NCBI GenBank assembly: GCA_050949405.1
Contig: JBMNFQ010000001.1
Span: forward strand, 985,160 to 1,049,159
Direction of reading: 5' to 3'
DNA from: Limisphaerales bacterium
GTDB lineage: Bacteria; Verrucomicrobiota; Verrucomicrobiia; Limisphaerales; UBA1412
DNA: 64,000 bases
In this document: piece after piece, positions 17,845 to 27,663 of the stretch
Position numbering within the stretch: the stretch's first letter is position 1
Layout: each line of letters starts with the position of its first letter
The notes under the pieces: generated by a model
What the model saw: the letters and a program-made list of their open reading frames with translations, nothing else
Told to the model about the DNA's origin: nothing
Database searches by the model: none
Translations under genes and position numbers: made by a program

Positions 17845-18441
17845 TTGAGAGAAATTAAAGGACTGATATTTGATTTTGATGGAACCCTGGCCGATACCAT
17901 GTTTTACCACTGGAAGGCGTGGGATATCATTGCCAAACGCTATGGAATCGAACTGAGCCGCCAGAGGCTCTACTCCATGGGGGGAATCCCCTCCCGCGAT
18001 ATCCTCCTCCTGCTTCAGGAGGAGCAAAGCCTCCCCAATCTGGATATCGATGGGATCGCCCGCGAAAAGGAGCAGGAATACCTGCGGATGATGGGCCGTG
18101 TGCAGTTGATTGATACCATCGCTTCTATCGCCAGGGAGAACCTGGGCAAGCTGCCGATGGCAATCGCTACCGGCGGTCGGCGCTCCATCATGGAAAGAAT
18201 CCTGCCACAACTGGGGATTGCGGAGTGGTTTGGCGCGGTGGTGACCAGTGAAGACGTGGTCCGCCAGAAGCCGGCACCGGATATCTTCCTGGAAGCGGCC
18301 CGGCGGATAGGGGTTGAGCCGCAGTATTGCCGCGCCTATGAGGATACGGAGCTGGGTCTGGCCGGTATCAGGGCCGCCGGTATGGAGGCTGTGGATGTGC
18401 GCAAGGTCATCCCCGAGGAATCTCTCGTCTCGAGCCTCTAG
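17845..18441 (+). CDS. HAD-superfamily phosphatase (YqaB/beta-PGM-like)
   Basis: FDFDGTLADT, KPAPDIF, YED. Confidence 0.9.
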   Translation: MREIKGLIFDFDGTLADTMFYHWKAWDIIAKRYGIELSRQRLYSMGGIPSRDILLLLQEEQSLPNLDIDGIAREKEQEYLRMMGRVQLIDTIASIARENLGKLPMAIATGGRRSIMERILPQLGIAEWFGAVVTSEDVVRQKPAPDIFLEAARRIGVEPQYCRAYEDTELGLAGIRAAGMEAVDVRKVIPEESLVSSL

Positions 18442-18512
18442 TTGTTTTTAGTTTCATTTTGTAAAACAACGCCTTATACTGGCGCACGGGTTTTTAACAG
18501 AGACTTCGATAT

Positions 18513-19817
18513 ATGTTCAATGCGCCAATGAAGATTTGTATTGTCGGCACCGGTTATGTAGGACTGGTGACAGGAACCTGCTTTGCAGAGATAGGTCACG
18601 ACGTTATCTGCGTCGATAACGCACCCGAGAAGGTGAAGATGCTCAATGCCGGACAGATGCCGATTTATGAACCGGGTCTGGAAGAGCTGGTCAAAAAGAA
18701 CGCGGCGGCCGGTCGGCTCAAGTTCACCACTTCCACTAAGGATGGAGTCGAGAAATCAGATGTCGTTTTCATTGCCGTCCCCACGCCGCCCCAGCCTGAT
18801 GGCTCGGTGGACCTGAGCTACATGGAGAAGGTCTCGCGTGAGATTGCCGACGTGCTGACCCGCTACAAGATCATTGTCGATAAAAGCACGGTGCCGGTGC
18901 GCACGGGTGAGAAGGTTTGCGAGACGATCCGGCGTTACTGCAAGTCCAAGGTGGAGTTTGACGTGGTGAGCAATCCGGAGTTTTTGCGGGAAGGGTTTGC
19001 GGTGCAGGATTTCCTTAAGCCTGACCGCATCGTCTTCGGCGTCCAGAGCCAGCGCCCCGTCCATGCCCTGAAGGAGATATACGCCCCTCTCAATGCGCCT
19101 GTGGTGGTGACCGATGTCAACTCTGCGGAGCTGATCAAACATGCTTCCAATTCTTTTCTGGCACTCAAGATTTCCTATATTAACGCTGTTTCGGTTATCT
19201 GCGAAGCGGCCGGCGCCAATGTGGAAGAGGTCGCCAACGGCATGGGAATGGATAAACGCATTGGGCGCGAGTTCCTCAATGCGTCGCTTGGCTTTGGCGG
19301 CAGTTGCTTTCCCAAGGATTTGAGCGCTTTTATCAAAATAGCCGAGCAGCTCGGCTACGATTTCGCGCTCCTGCGTGAGGTGCAGAAGATCAATGCCCAG
19401 CAGATGGAGCGCTTTGTCCGCAAGATAGCCGATACACTCTGGGTGATTAAGGACAAGACAATCGGTGTCCTGGGTCTGTCTTTCAAGCAAAACACCGATG
19501 ATATTCGGATGTCCCCGGCCATCGCCCTCTGCCTGCGTCTGCGCAAGGAGGGTGCGCGGCTGAAGGTCTATGACCCCAAAGCGATGGATAAAGCCAGAAC
19601 CGTCCTGAAAGAGGCCACCTTCATGGATGACATGAACAAGGTGCCCGAGGGGTGTGACGCATTGGTGATCGCGACGGAGTGGCCGGAATTCAAGAAGCTG
19701 GACCTGCAGCGCGCGCGCAAGAGCATGACGCACCCGATTCTCTTTGACGGACGCAACCTCTTTGAGCCGGCAGAGATGGAGGCGCTGGGCTTCATCTATA
19801 AGAGCATTGGCCGCTAG
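18513..19817 (+). CDS. ugd: UDP-glucose 6-dehydrogenase
   Basis: GTGYVG, FIAVPTP, KSTVPV, NPEFLREG, GFGGSCFPKD. Confidence 0.93.
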   Translation: MFNAPMKICIVGTGYVGLVTGTCFAEIGHDVICVDNAPEKVKMLNAGQMPIYEPGLEELVKKNAAAGRLKFTTSTKDGVEKSDVVFIAVPTPPQPDGSVDLSYMEKVSREIADVLTRYKIIVDKSTVPVRTGEKVCETIRRYCKSKVEFDVVSNPEFLREGFAVQDFLKPDRIVFGVQSQRPVHALKEIYAPLNAPVVVTDVNSAELIKHASNSFLALKISYINAVSVICEAAGANVEEVANGMGMDKRIGREFLNASLGFGGSCFPKDLSAFIKIAEQLGYDFALLREVQKINAQQMERFVRKIADTLWVIKDKTIGVLGLSFKQNTDDIRMSPAIALCLRLRKEGARLKVYDPKAMDKARTVLKEATFMDDMNKVPEGCDALVIATEWPEFKKLDLQRARKSMTHPILFDGRNLFEPAEMEALGFIYKSIGR

Positions 19818-19882
19818 GAAAATTTAGAAAAAGACGTAAGGAGAGCCTGAGCCTGAAACCTCGGTTCTCCTTTTTTTATCAG

Positions 19883-20290
19883 ATGATTATTCCGGTAACA
19901 GCGGGCCTCATTTTTCGCGAAGGCAAACTCCTTATCACGCGGCGCCCCGGGGGAAGCCACCTGGCCGGACTCTGGGAGCTGCCCGGGGGCAAACAGGACC
20001 CCGGAGAGACCCTGCCCGAGTGCTTGAAGCGTGAACTGCGCGAAGAGCTCGGGGTGGAGGTCGCCGTTCACGAGCTCCTCCATGAGTGTGAGCATGAATA
20101 TCCGCTCAAGACGGTCAAGCTTCACTTCTTCCGCTGCACGTTGCTGCAGGGCGAGCCGCAGCCGCTCCAATGCGCCGAGCTGGCCTGGGTCACGGCGCCG
20201 GAGCTCTCTCAATACGAATTCCCCCCGCCGGATGCTTCACTATTGGAGAGCCTCCAGAGAGGGGAGCTTCTGCGCTTCTTCAATCCTTAG
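19883..20290 (+). CDS. mutT: 8-oxo-dGTP diphosphatase (Nudix)
   Basis: WELPGGK...ETLPECLKRELREELG Nudix box. Confidence 0.85.
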   Translation: MIIPVTAGLIFREGKLLITRRPGGSHLAGLWELPGGKQDPGETLPECLKRELREELGVEVAVHELLHECEHEYPLKTVKLHFFRCTLLQGEPQPLQCAELAWVTAPELSQYEFPPPDASLLESLQRGELLRFFNP

Positions 20291-20292
20291 CT

Positions 20293-23200
20293 TCAATGCA
20301 GCGGCGCCGCAGATGCGACTCGAAAAAAGAGTTGCCTCTGGGGTTCGACGACGACACGGTAGCTGCCTGAGAGCTCCTCAGTGGCTTGTTCCCAGTGAAT
20401 CTTATCCGAACTCATCTCCAGCACTCCTTCGTAGTTAAGGGTGAAGGCGACGACCTTGCCGCCCTCGTCTTTTTCGATATCGCCCAGCTTCATTGTCGGC
20501 AGCGGCAGAGCGGCGACTCCGACTCGGAAAAAGAGCGACTTGCCCGGCTCGACAACGACTCGGTAGCTGCCCGAGAATTCCTCAGAGACGCTTTCCCAAT
20601 TGACCATGTCTGAGCTCGATTCCAGCACTCCGGTATAGGTGATGGTGAAGGCGATGACTTTGCCCGTATCATCTCGCTCAATCTCGGAAAAGGTGAGGGA
20701 TGGTACCCACTCATCACTCCAGACCTGTGTTGGCCGGCCGCCCCAGGGATTGGTCCAGCCTTTGGTTCCGTAGAGGTAATAGAGAGTAGCCTGCGTCTCT
20801 TCGAAGGGATTCCTGCCGGTCCATTCGGGCGCATCGCCGCGGAAGTAGACCTTTTCGAGCTGGTCGCAGCCGCTGAAGAGCTCTTCGCCCAAGAGGGTGA
20901 GCGACTCGGGGAAGGTGATCTGAGTAAGCCCGGCGGCTCCGCTGAAGGCGTGGTCATGGACCCGCGTGAGCGTAGGAGGAGCCGTATAGCCGCCCGCTCT
21001 GCCGGCGGGATACTGGATGAGGGTGCTCCCCGTGGAGTCGAAAAGCACGTAAGTAGAGTCGGTAAGTATGCCAGGGGGCAAGCTGCAGTAGTGCTGGTTG
21101 GCACTATTGACTTTGAACTCCATCAGCGCCAAGCAATCCCGGAAGACTCCGTCTTCCAGATTACCGGTCACGCTGGCGGGGATATAGACTCTGGTGAGCC
21201 CCGTCGCGCGAAAGGCCCATCTCTCCAGAGTCGTGAGGGTCGAGGGGAAATTGATTTCCGAGAGACTGCTGCAACCATAGAAGGCCCCTTCGCTGATTTT
21301 CAGGAGACCGGCGGGCAGCTCCAGATTTTGCAACTGCGTGCAGCCGTAGAAGGCGTACCACGGAATTTCTTTGAGCTTGGCAGGGACGATAAACTCCAGC
21401 AGGTTGCTGCACTGATAGAAGAGCGCTTCCCCCAGAACCGTATTCTCATTGGGGAGGATTACTCTTTGCAGGCTGGAGCAGTTGCCAAAGGCCCAGGGGC
21501 CGATCTCCAGGACCGAGAAAGGCAGGTCAATCTTCATGAGAGACTTTTGCGAGAAGAAGGCGCGGGGAGCGATCCGTTGCACTCCGCTGGGGACGGGGTA
21601 GAAACCGGCCTTGCCCAGCGGGCAGAAGTGGAGAACGGTCTGCTCTTTGTTGAAAAGGACGCCATCGCGGCTGCTGTAGCTCATGTTTTCCTGGCTGACT
21701 TCCACTCGGTAGGAGCCGATCAGGGCGTCGAGCCCCAGGTTGCTTAGGCCGCTGCCGAGCCGGACCATTCTGGCAGGGCAGTTGAGGAAGGCGCTCTCGC
21801 CGATGCTCCGGACGTTATCAGGGATCACGATTTCATTGAGACTGCAATGGGCAAAGGCTCTGGAGCCGATCCCGCGCAACGTTTCGGGGAAAGTGACCGT
21901 TTTCAGCTCGTCATGGCCCAGAAAGGCCTCCTCGGCAATCCAGAGAACCGGATAGCCGGAGATGCTGCCGGGGATAGTGAGCGAGCTGGCGGCCCCGTGG
22001 TAAGCGATGATCGTGATTTCGCCTTCGCTCAGGGTGTATTCAAACTCGGATGGCGGCAGAATCGTCAAGGTGGCCGGCTGGTAGCTGAACGTATAGTTGG
22101 GATGGAAGAGCCCATCGGCGCTCAGCTCATAGGTTCCTTCCGGCAGGGGTGTCAGGAGCTCATCAATCGGGATGCCGTCGATGTAATAGAGCGCTGGACC
22201 CTCAAGCGTATCGTCTTTGACCAGCCCCTCCACGCTGAAGCTGAAGAACGGCAGGGGGTAATTGGAGGGGAGTTCGAGGGAATCGACCTTGACGGTGGCC
22301 GCTTTGGGCAGCACTTCCAGGGTCATCGAGGCCGGTTCGGCCGGGAAGTAATTGACGTTCCTGCGCGTTCCGCCGGGCTGGTAGCCGGTAATCGTGAAGG
22401 TGCCGGCGGCTTTGATACGGAGCATCTTGCTGCTGGTGACCGTGGCAATCTCTTCGGGGCTGGTCAGGAGCGTCACGACCAGGGCGCTGCTGCTGGAGGC
22501 CCAGAGCTGTTGGTCCGCATCGCCGTAGGTGAGCGTCTGGCTGACGGGGGTGAGGGTAATGGTCTGGTTTTGGGCATCGGAGCGGGCAGGGTAGCCGGCG
22601 AATTCATCTCCCCAGCCGTTGGCGCCGCTCTTATAGTAAACGGCCAGAGTGGAGGGGACGTCATAGAAAATATCCGTTCCGGTTTCGGGGGCGTCCCCCT
22701 CAAAGCCGATCCCCAGCAGGGCGGAGCAATACCAGAAGGCGCGTTCTTCGATTTTGGCGAGGCTGGCCGGCAAAATGAGGCTCAGCAACGAGGAGTCGCT
22801 AAAAGAGAGCGATGCCAGGGTAGTGGTCCCCTCCGCAATGGTGCACTGGCCGGTGCGGCCCGCGGGGAAGACCAGCAGCGTATCGCCGGCGTGGTTGTAG
22901 AGGACGCCATCCCGACTCTTGTAGAGCGTATGCTCGGGGTGTACTTCAAAATCGGTCAGGTGGATGCATCCCTGGAACGCGTTGGGGAGGAAATCGACGA
23001 TGTTCGGGGGGAGGGTGAAGGTGCCCACTTTACCGGCTGGGCAGATAAAGAGCTGCGTCTGCTCTTTATTGCAGAGTGAACCCTCCTGGCTGCCGTAGTA
23101 GGGGTTTTCGGGATGGATATCAAAGCTGCTCAGCCCGACGCAATAAGCAAAGGCGGAGGAATCGATGGATTCGAGCGCTGGGCCGATTTCAATCTGGCTC

Positions 23201-23847
23201 AAGAGCGAGCAGCGGCCAAAGGTCTCCTTGCCGATAAAGGTGAGGCCGGTCGGCAGCTCCACGCTTTCCAGTCGGGAGCATCCATAGAAAACGCCATTTT
23301 CCAGACGGCTCAGCCCCGAAGGCAGAGAGATTTCCCTGAGTTGGAGGCAACCGCTAAAGGCGTAGGGGCCAAGCTCGGTCAGGGTCTCCGGCAGCAGGAT
23401 TGACTCCAGACTGCTGCAGCCAAAGAAGGCGTAGCTCTCGATCCTGTTCAGGGCGTTGCCCAGACGCAGCTCCTCCAGGTTCCGGCAATAGGAGAAGGCC
23501 TCCATGCCGATGCGCGTGACGCTTTGGGGCAGCTCGACGCTCTGCAGCGTCTCATTGCGGGTAAAGGCCCAGTTGCCGATGGTGGTGAGGGGCAGCCCTT
23601 CGATTTCCGCGGGCACCACGACGGCGGTTGCCTGGCCGGTATAGTCCAGAAGGGTGACCGCGCCATCCTCAATCGCGTATTGGAAATCCTCAATCGGGGT
23701 TTGCGCCTCCGCATGGCCCGGGAGCAAAAGGGCCAAAACCAGAACCAGACAAGGAATCCAGGCATAGAGAGGCAACTGTGGGGAGCCTTCAGCGGCGATG
23801 GCGGTTGCGCCGCTCCGTTCGGCAGGGGTATTTAATTCTCTCTTCAT
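20293..23847 (-). CDS. BspA-type leucine-rich-repeat (LRR_5) surface protein with Ig/MBG-like linker
   Basis: Signal peptide, two blocks of IgxxAFxxCxxL repeats, MBG-like segment, duplicated ~58-aa C-terminal module. Confidence 0.9.
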   Translation of the reverse strand: MKRELNTPAERSGATAIAAEGSPQLPLYAWIPCLVLVLALLLPGHAEAQTPIEDFQYAIEDGAVTLLDYTGQATAVVVPAEIEGLPLTTIGNWAFTRNETLQSVELPQSVTRIGMEAFSYCRNLEELRLGNALNRIESYAFFGCSSLESILLPETLTELGPYAFSGCLQLREISLPSGLSRLENGVFYGCSRLESVELPTGLTFIGKETFGRCSLLSQIEIGPALESIDSSAFAYCVGLSSFDIHPENPYYGSQEGSLCNKEQTQLFICPAGKVGTFTLPPNIVDFLPNAFQGCIHLTDFEVHPEHTLYKSRDGVLYNHAGDTLLVFPAGRTGQCTIAEGTTTLASLSFSDSSLLSLILPASLAKIEERAFWYCSALLGIGFEGDAPETGTDIFYDVPSTLAVYYKSGANGWGDEFAGYPARSDAQNQTITLTPVSQTLTYGDADQQLWASSSSALVVTLLTSPEEIATVTSSKMLRIKAAGTFTITGYQPGGTRRNVNYFPAEPASMTLEVLPKAATVKVDSLELPSNYPLPFFSFSVEGLVKDDTLEGPALYYIDGIPIDELLTPLPEGTYELSADGLFHPNYTFSYQPATLTILPPSEFEYTLSEGEITIIAYHGAASSLTIPGSISGYPVLWIAEEAFLGHDELKTVTFPETLRGIGSRAFAHCSLNEIVIPDNVRSIGESAFLNCPARMVRLGSGLSNLGLDALIGSYRVEVSQENMSYSSRDGVLFNKEQTVLHFCPLGKAGFYPVPSGVQRIAPRAFFSQKSLMKIDLPFSVLEIGPWAFGNCSSLQRVILPNENTVLGEALFYQCSNLLEFIVPAKLKEIPWYAFYGCTQLQNLELPAGLLKISEGAFYGCSSLSEINFPSTLTTLERWAFRATGLTRVYIPASVTGNLEDGVFRDCLALMEFKVNSANQHYCSLPPGILTDSTYVLFDSTGSTLIQYPAGRAGGYTAPPTLTRVHDHAFSGAAGLTQITFPESLTLLGEELFSGCDQLEKVYFRGDAPEWTGRNPFEETQATLYYLYGTKGWTNPWGGRPTQVWSDEWVPSLTFSEIERDDTGKVIAFTITYTGVLESSSDMVNWESVSEEFSGSYRVVVEPGKSLFFRVGVAALPLPTMKLGDIEKDEGGKVVAFTLNYEGVLEMSSDKIHWEQATEELSGSYRVVVEPQRQLFFRVASAAPLH

Positions 23848-24114
23848 AACTCACTCAACGCTCTCATTATGCAGGGGAGAGCTCCATTTGTCACTTTAAT
23901 TCTGGGCTAATCCTCTTTTCGGCTCGGCTCTGGCGCGGCAGGACTGGGAAACGGAGGAGTAATGTTCAAAAAAAGCCTGAAAAAACAGAGTTTTTATTGA
24001 TTTTTTATTTTTGCGGCAGTAGACTCTCGGCAGGAAAAATAGCTACGTATTGACAAAATAAAGTAGAATGCGCAAGTCGCATTGTCAGCCTGTTTCTATT
24101 GAACCCTGTTAATC

Positions 24115-27100
24115 ATGAAATTGCCTGGGGCGAGTCGAATAATACTGTTTTTTTGCGCGCTTTCTCTTGGAGTGGTTTTGCTGCTGGCCAGGGGTGGCGG
24201 AGCGGAGGGAAGCGCCTTTGGGGAAAGTGGTTCCGCTTCAATATTCAAACCGGTTATCGAAGAAAACCAGACGTTTAAAAACCATGGCAGGCTGGTCACC
24301 CTCGCCATCGGTACACTGCTTCTGTTGCCCTTTCTGGTAGGGGCGCTCATTTTGAGTGGCAGGAGGGAGGAGCAACGGCAGTTGCACAAAACGCTTCTCT
24401 TGAGCCTCAACAAGATGGGCGATTTTGCCTGCTTCTATTGCAATGAAGCGGGCAAACCCAAAGATTTCCCCATGGACCCAAAGTTTTGGCCCTGCAAACC
24501 GGACGGCACCCCGATATCCCCTTCAGAGTGGATTTACAGAGAAGATGTGCCTGCTTTCAAGGCGGGCTGGAAGCGGCTTCTGGCCAGACAGAGCCATGAG
24601 GAGTGTATCTCCTACCGGGTGAGCGAGGGGGGGAAGCTCAGATACTTTGAAATGCGGGTGAGGGAGGCAGGAGCGCTCACCGGTGAAAAGGGGTTTCTGG
24701 GAATGATCCGCGATGTGACTCAGGCCAGAGAGCGTGAGAACTCTCTTTTGGAGACCAATATCCTGATGCAGGAGATACTTGATAACTCGCCCTGTGGTAT
24801 CTTCGTAAAAGATATCAATGACGGCGGCCGCTACCTGATCAGCAATAACCATAACCTGCAGGTCCACGGGCTGGAGCCCGGAGCGATGCTTGGCAAGAGC
24901 GATGCGGAGATTTTCCCGGCCAAGGTTGCCGAGGGCTTTGAGCGCAGTGACCGCGAAGTCCTTGAAAAGGAGGGCTTCCTGAAGTATCTGGACCACTTTA
25001 CCGATTCGGCAGGCAGGGAGCGTATCTTCCAGCTCTACAAGGTGGTGCTTCCCCAGAAGACCGATAAGAGGCTTTTGCTTGGTATCTCCTTTGACCTGAC
25101 GGAGATCGAAAACAAACGCACCGAACTGGCAAAGAACGTCAAACTGCTTCAATCGATCATTGAGAACATGCCGTGCCACTTCTTCGCCAAGGATGCCAGC
25201 GATGACTTCCGGATTCTGTTGGTGAATGAGCACTTTGCCGGGTATTTCAACAAGGAGCCCGAGGAGCTCGTCGGCAAAACGGAGCTGGAGTTTCTCCCTT
25301 CACTGGAGCAGGCGGATAAGTTCTTCAAGAACGATCTTTCTCTTCTGGCGACAGGTGGCCGGAGCGAGTTTATCTCGGAAATCACGGGTGCCACAGGGGA
25401 GCAACGCGTTTTCCATACCGCCAAGAGTCTGGTCACGCTTGAGGATGGGCGCCAGTTGATTCAGGGGATCGCCATAGATATTACCGAGCAGGAGAAAGCG
25501 AAGGCAGAGCGGCGGAAGCTGATCAAGAACCTCAACCGCTATATCAAACAGGAGCGAATGCTCAAGGATTCCCTCGAGGCGGTGGTGATGAGCCCCAGCA
25601 GCGAGGAGGCGTTGCATCTACTCCTCCAGACGGCTGTGGAGTATATCGGGGCGGTCTCCTGTTATCTGGTGCAGTATGATTTTTCGAGCTCGCGCTTTTT
25701 GCCTTTGGTCAAGTATCTGCATCCGGATTTCGAGGAAGAGTCCGGCCTGCAGATGAAGTGGAGGAACTCCGTCAAGCCGCCCTGGTATTCCTTCTATGAG
25801 CGCAGGGAGCCGTTCCTGGCACCGCAGGCGTATACTTTGAGGGACCTTCTGAGTGCGAGCGGCTATGAAGAGCTCACCCATTACTTGAACGTAAATGAAA
25901 TTCTTTCTCTCGCCACGGTGGGGCTCTATCAGGATAAGAAAATCTGGGGCAGTCTCACTTTCTTTTTTCGCGACAACGAGAAGAAGTTTACGGCACTCGA
26001 TAACCGGTGGCTCAAGGTGACGGCGCATCTGGTGGAGATGGTGCTGGATTCACGCTTCCGGCATCAGCAACTGGAGCGCAGTGAATATGAGAAGCGGCTG
26101 ATCATGGACACCATGGATATTCCGATTCAGCTCTTTGATGCTAATATGAAGCTCATCCGCATTAACAGCGCGGCGCAGAAGCTGGTGGGCCAGTCCGAAG
26201 AAAAGATTCTGCGCGAGCCATGCTACCGCAACTTCTGCGGCTTTGAGACGCGTCCCAACGATTGCCCCACGCTTTTAACGCGCGAAGACCACCAGAAACA
26301 CCAGAAAGCGCTCACGCTCAAGGGGAACGATTTTGAAATATGCTCTCACCCCGTCTTTATAGATGGAAAACTGGCCTATATCCTGAAAACTTTTGTTGAC
26401 GTCAGCGAATCCAAAAAGACGCAGCAGAAATTGACCCAGGCGCTGCTCAAGGCGCAGGATGCGAGCAGGGCCAAGAGTTTCTTCCTGGCGACGATGAGCC
26501 ATGAAATCCGCACGCCGCTCAATGCGGTAATCGGTTTCAGCGAGCTGCTCAAGAAGGGACAATGCCCCGAAGAGGAAAAGCTGGAGTATCTGGAATCCAT
26601 TCACCTGTCGGCCAATGCGCTTCTGAGCCTGATTAACGATATTCTGGACCTTTCACGGATTGAGGCCGGCGCGGTGTCGCTGGCTCTGCGCAATGTCAGC
26701 ATCGCGGAGCTGCTCCAGGAGATTCGCTCCATCTTCCAGTATCAGGCCCAGACCAGGGGGCTGGAGTTCCTGGTGGAGTGCCCCGACGACATACCGGCTC
26801 TGCGGGTTGACCAGTTGCGCCTGCGCCAGATATTGCTGAACCTGGTCGGCAACGCCGTTAAATTTACCGAGCATGGCAGTGTGAAGGTGAGCGGGAAGTT
26901 CAAAATAAAAACCGAGCTTCTGGGAGAGCTCCGGCTTACGGTGGAGGATAGCGGTATTGGCATCGAGGAGAGCGCCCAGAAGAAAATCTTCCAACCCTTC
27001 ATCCAGCAGGACTCGATTCGGGAGACTTTTTTGCACAAGGGGACCGGTTTGGGGTTGGCTATTTCGCATCAGTTGGCTATACGTATGGGAGGCTCACTGG

Positions 27101-27633
27101 AGGTGGAAAGCAGGGTTGGCCAGGGAAGCAAATTTACTCTCAGCCTGGAAAACGTACCTTATCAGAATAATGGCCAGGCCCCTCAGATAAGTACCCCCCC
27201 GCGCCAGGAAGAAGAGCTGGAAATACCAGAAGATATACTGCTGGTCGATGACGTGCCGATGAACCTCTCGGTGCTTTCACTGATGCTAAAAAACATGGGA
27301 GCCCGGCCCAGGACGGCTACTTCGGGGGCCAAAGCGCTTGAAGAGCTTGAGAACTTCACCCCCGAGATTATCTTGACCGATATCTGGATGCCCGATATGG
27401 ATGGATGCCAACTGGCCAAAAGTATTCGCAAAAAGAGAAAATTTAAACAGATACGAATCATCGCCGTGACGGCCGATTCAGAAGTACAGGTCAACTTTGA
27501 CCTGGGGGATTTTGACGCAGTCTTGCTTAAACCTCTCACTATCCCTAAAATGAAGAGTCTTTTTCGAGACCTCAAGAAGAACAATCTGAGAAAGCCTGGT
27601 GTAAGAAAAACAGATTTGAATAAAGAGGACTGA
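24115..27633 (+). CDS. Hybrid sensor histidine kinase (PAS/GAF, HisKA, HATPase, REC)
   Basis: MSHEIRTPLNAV, NLVGNAVKFT, DSGIGI, GTGLGL, LLVDD...LTDIWMP. Confidence 0.95.
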   Translation: MKLPGASRIILFFCALSLGVVLLLARGGGAEGSAFGESGSASIFKPVIEENQTFKNHGRLVTLAIGTLLLLPFLVGALILSGRREEQRQLHKTLLLSLNKMGDFACFYCNEAGKPKDFPMDPKFWPCKPDGTPISPSEWIYREDVPAFKAGWKRLLARQSHEECISYRVSEGGKLRYFEMRVREAGALTGEKGFLGMIRDVTQARERENSLLETNILMQEILDNSPCGIFVKDINDGGRYLISNNHNLQVHGLEPGAMLGKSDAEIFPAKVAEGFERSDREVLEKEGFLKYLDHFTDSAGRERIFQLYKVVLPQKTDKRLLLGISFDLTEIENKRTELAKNVKLLQSIIENMPCHFFAKDASDDFRILLVNEHFAGYFNKEPEELVGKTELEFLPSLEQADKFFKNDLSLLATGGRSEFISEITGATGEQRVFHTAKSLVTLEDGRQLIQGIAIDITEQEKAKAERRKLIKNLNRYIKQERMLKDSLEAVVMSPSSEEALHLLLQTAVEYIGAVSCYLVQYDFSSSRFLPLVKYLHPDFEEESGLQMKWRNSVKPPWYSFYERREPFLAPQAYTLRDLLSASGYEELTHYLNVNEILSLATVGLYQDKKIWGSLTFFFRDNEKKFTALDNRWLKVTAHLVEMVLDSRFRHQQLERSEYEKRLIMDTMDIPIQLFDANMKLIRINSAAQKLVGQSEEKILREPCYRNFCGFETRPNDCPTLLTREDHQKHQKALTLKGNDFEICSHPVFIDGKLAYILKTFVDVSESKKTQQKLTQALLKAQDASRAKSFFLATMSHEIRTPLNAVIGFSELLKKGQCPEEEKLEYLESIHLSANALLSLINDILDLSRIEAGAVSLALRNVSIAELLQEIRSIFQYQAQTRGLEFLVECPDDIPALRVDQLRLRQILLNLVGNAVKFTEHGSVKVSGKFKIKTELLGELRLTVEDSGIGIEESAQKKIFQPFIQQDSIRETFLHKGTGLGLAISHQLAIRMGGSLEVESRVGQGSKFTLSLENVPYQNNGQAPQISTPPRQEEELEIPEDILLVDDVPMNLSVLSLMLKNMGARPRTATSGAKALEELENFTPEIILTDIWMPDMDGCQLAKSIRKKRKFKQIRIIAVTADSEVQVNFDLGDFDAVLLKPLTIPKMKSLFRDLKKNNLRKPGVRKTDLNKED

Positions 27634-27663
27634 ACTGCCAGACCTTCGTAAAAGAAAAATTTT

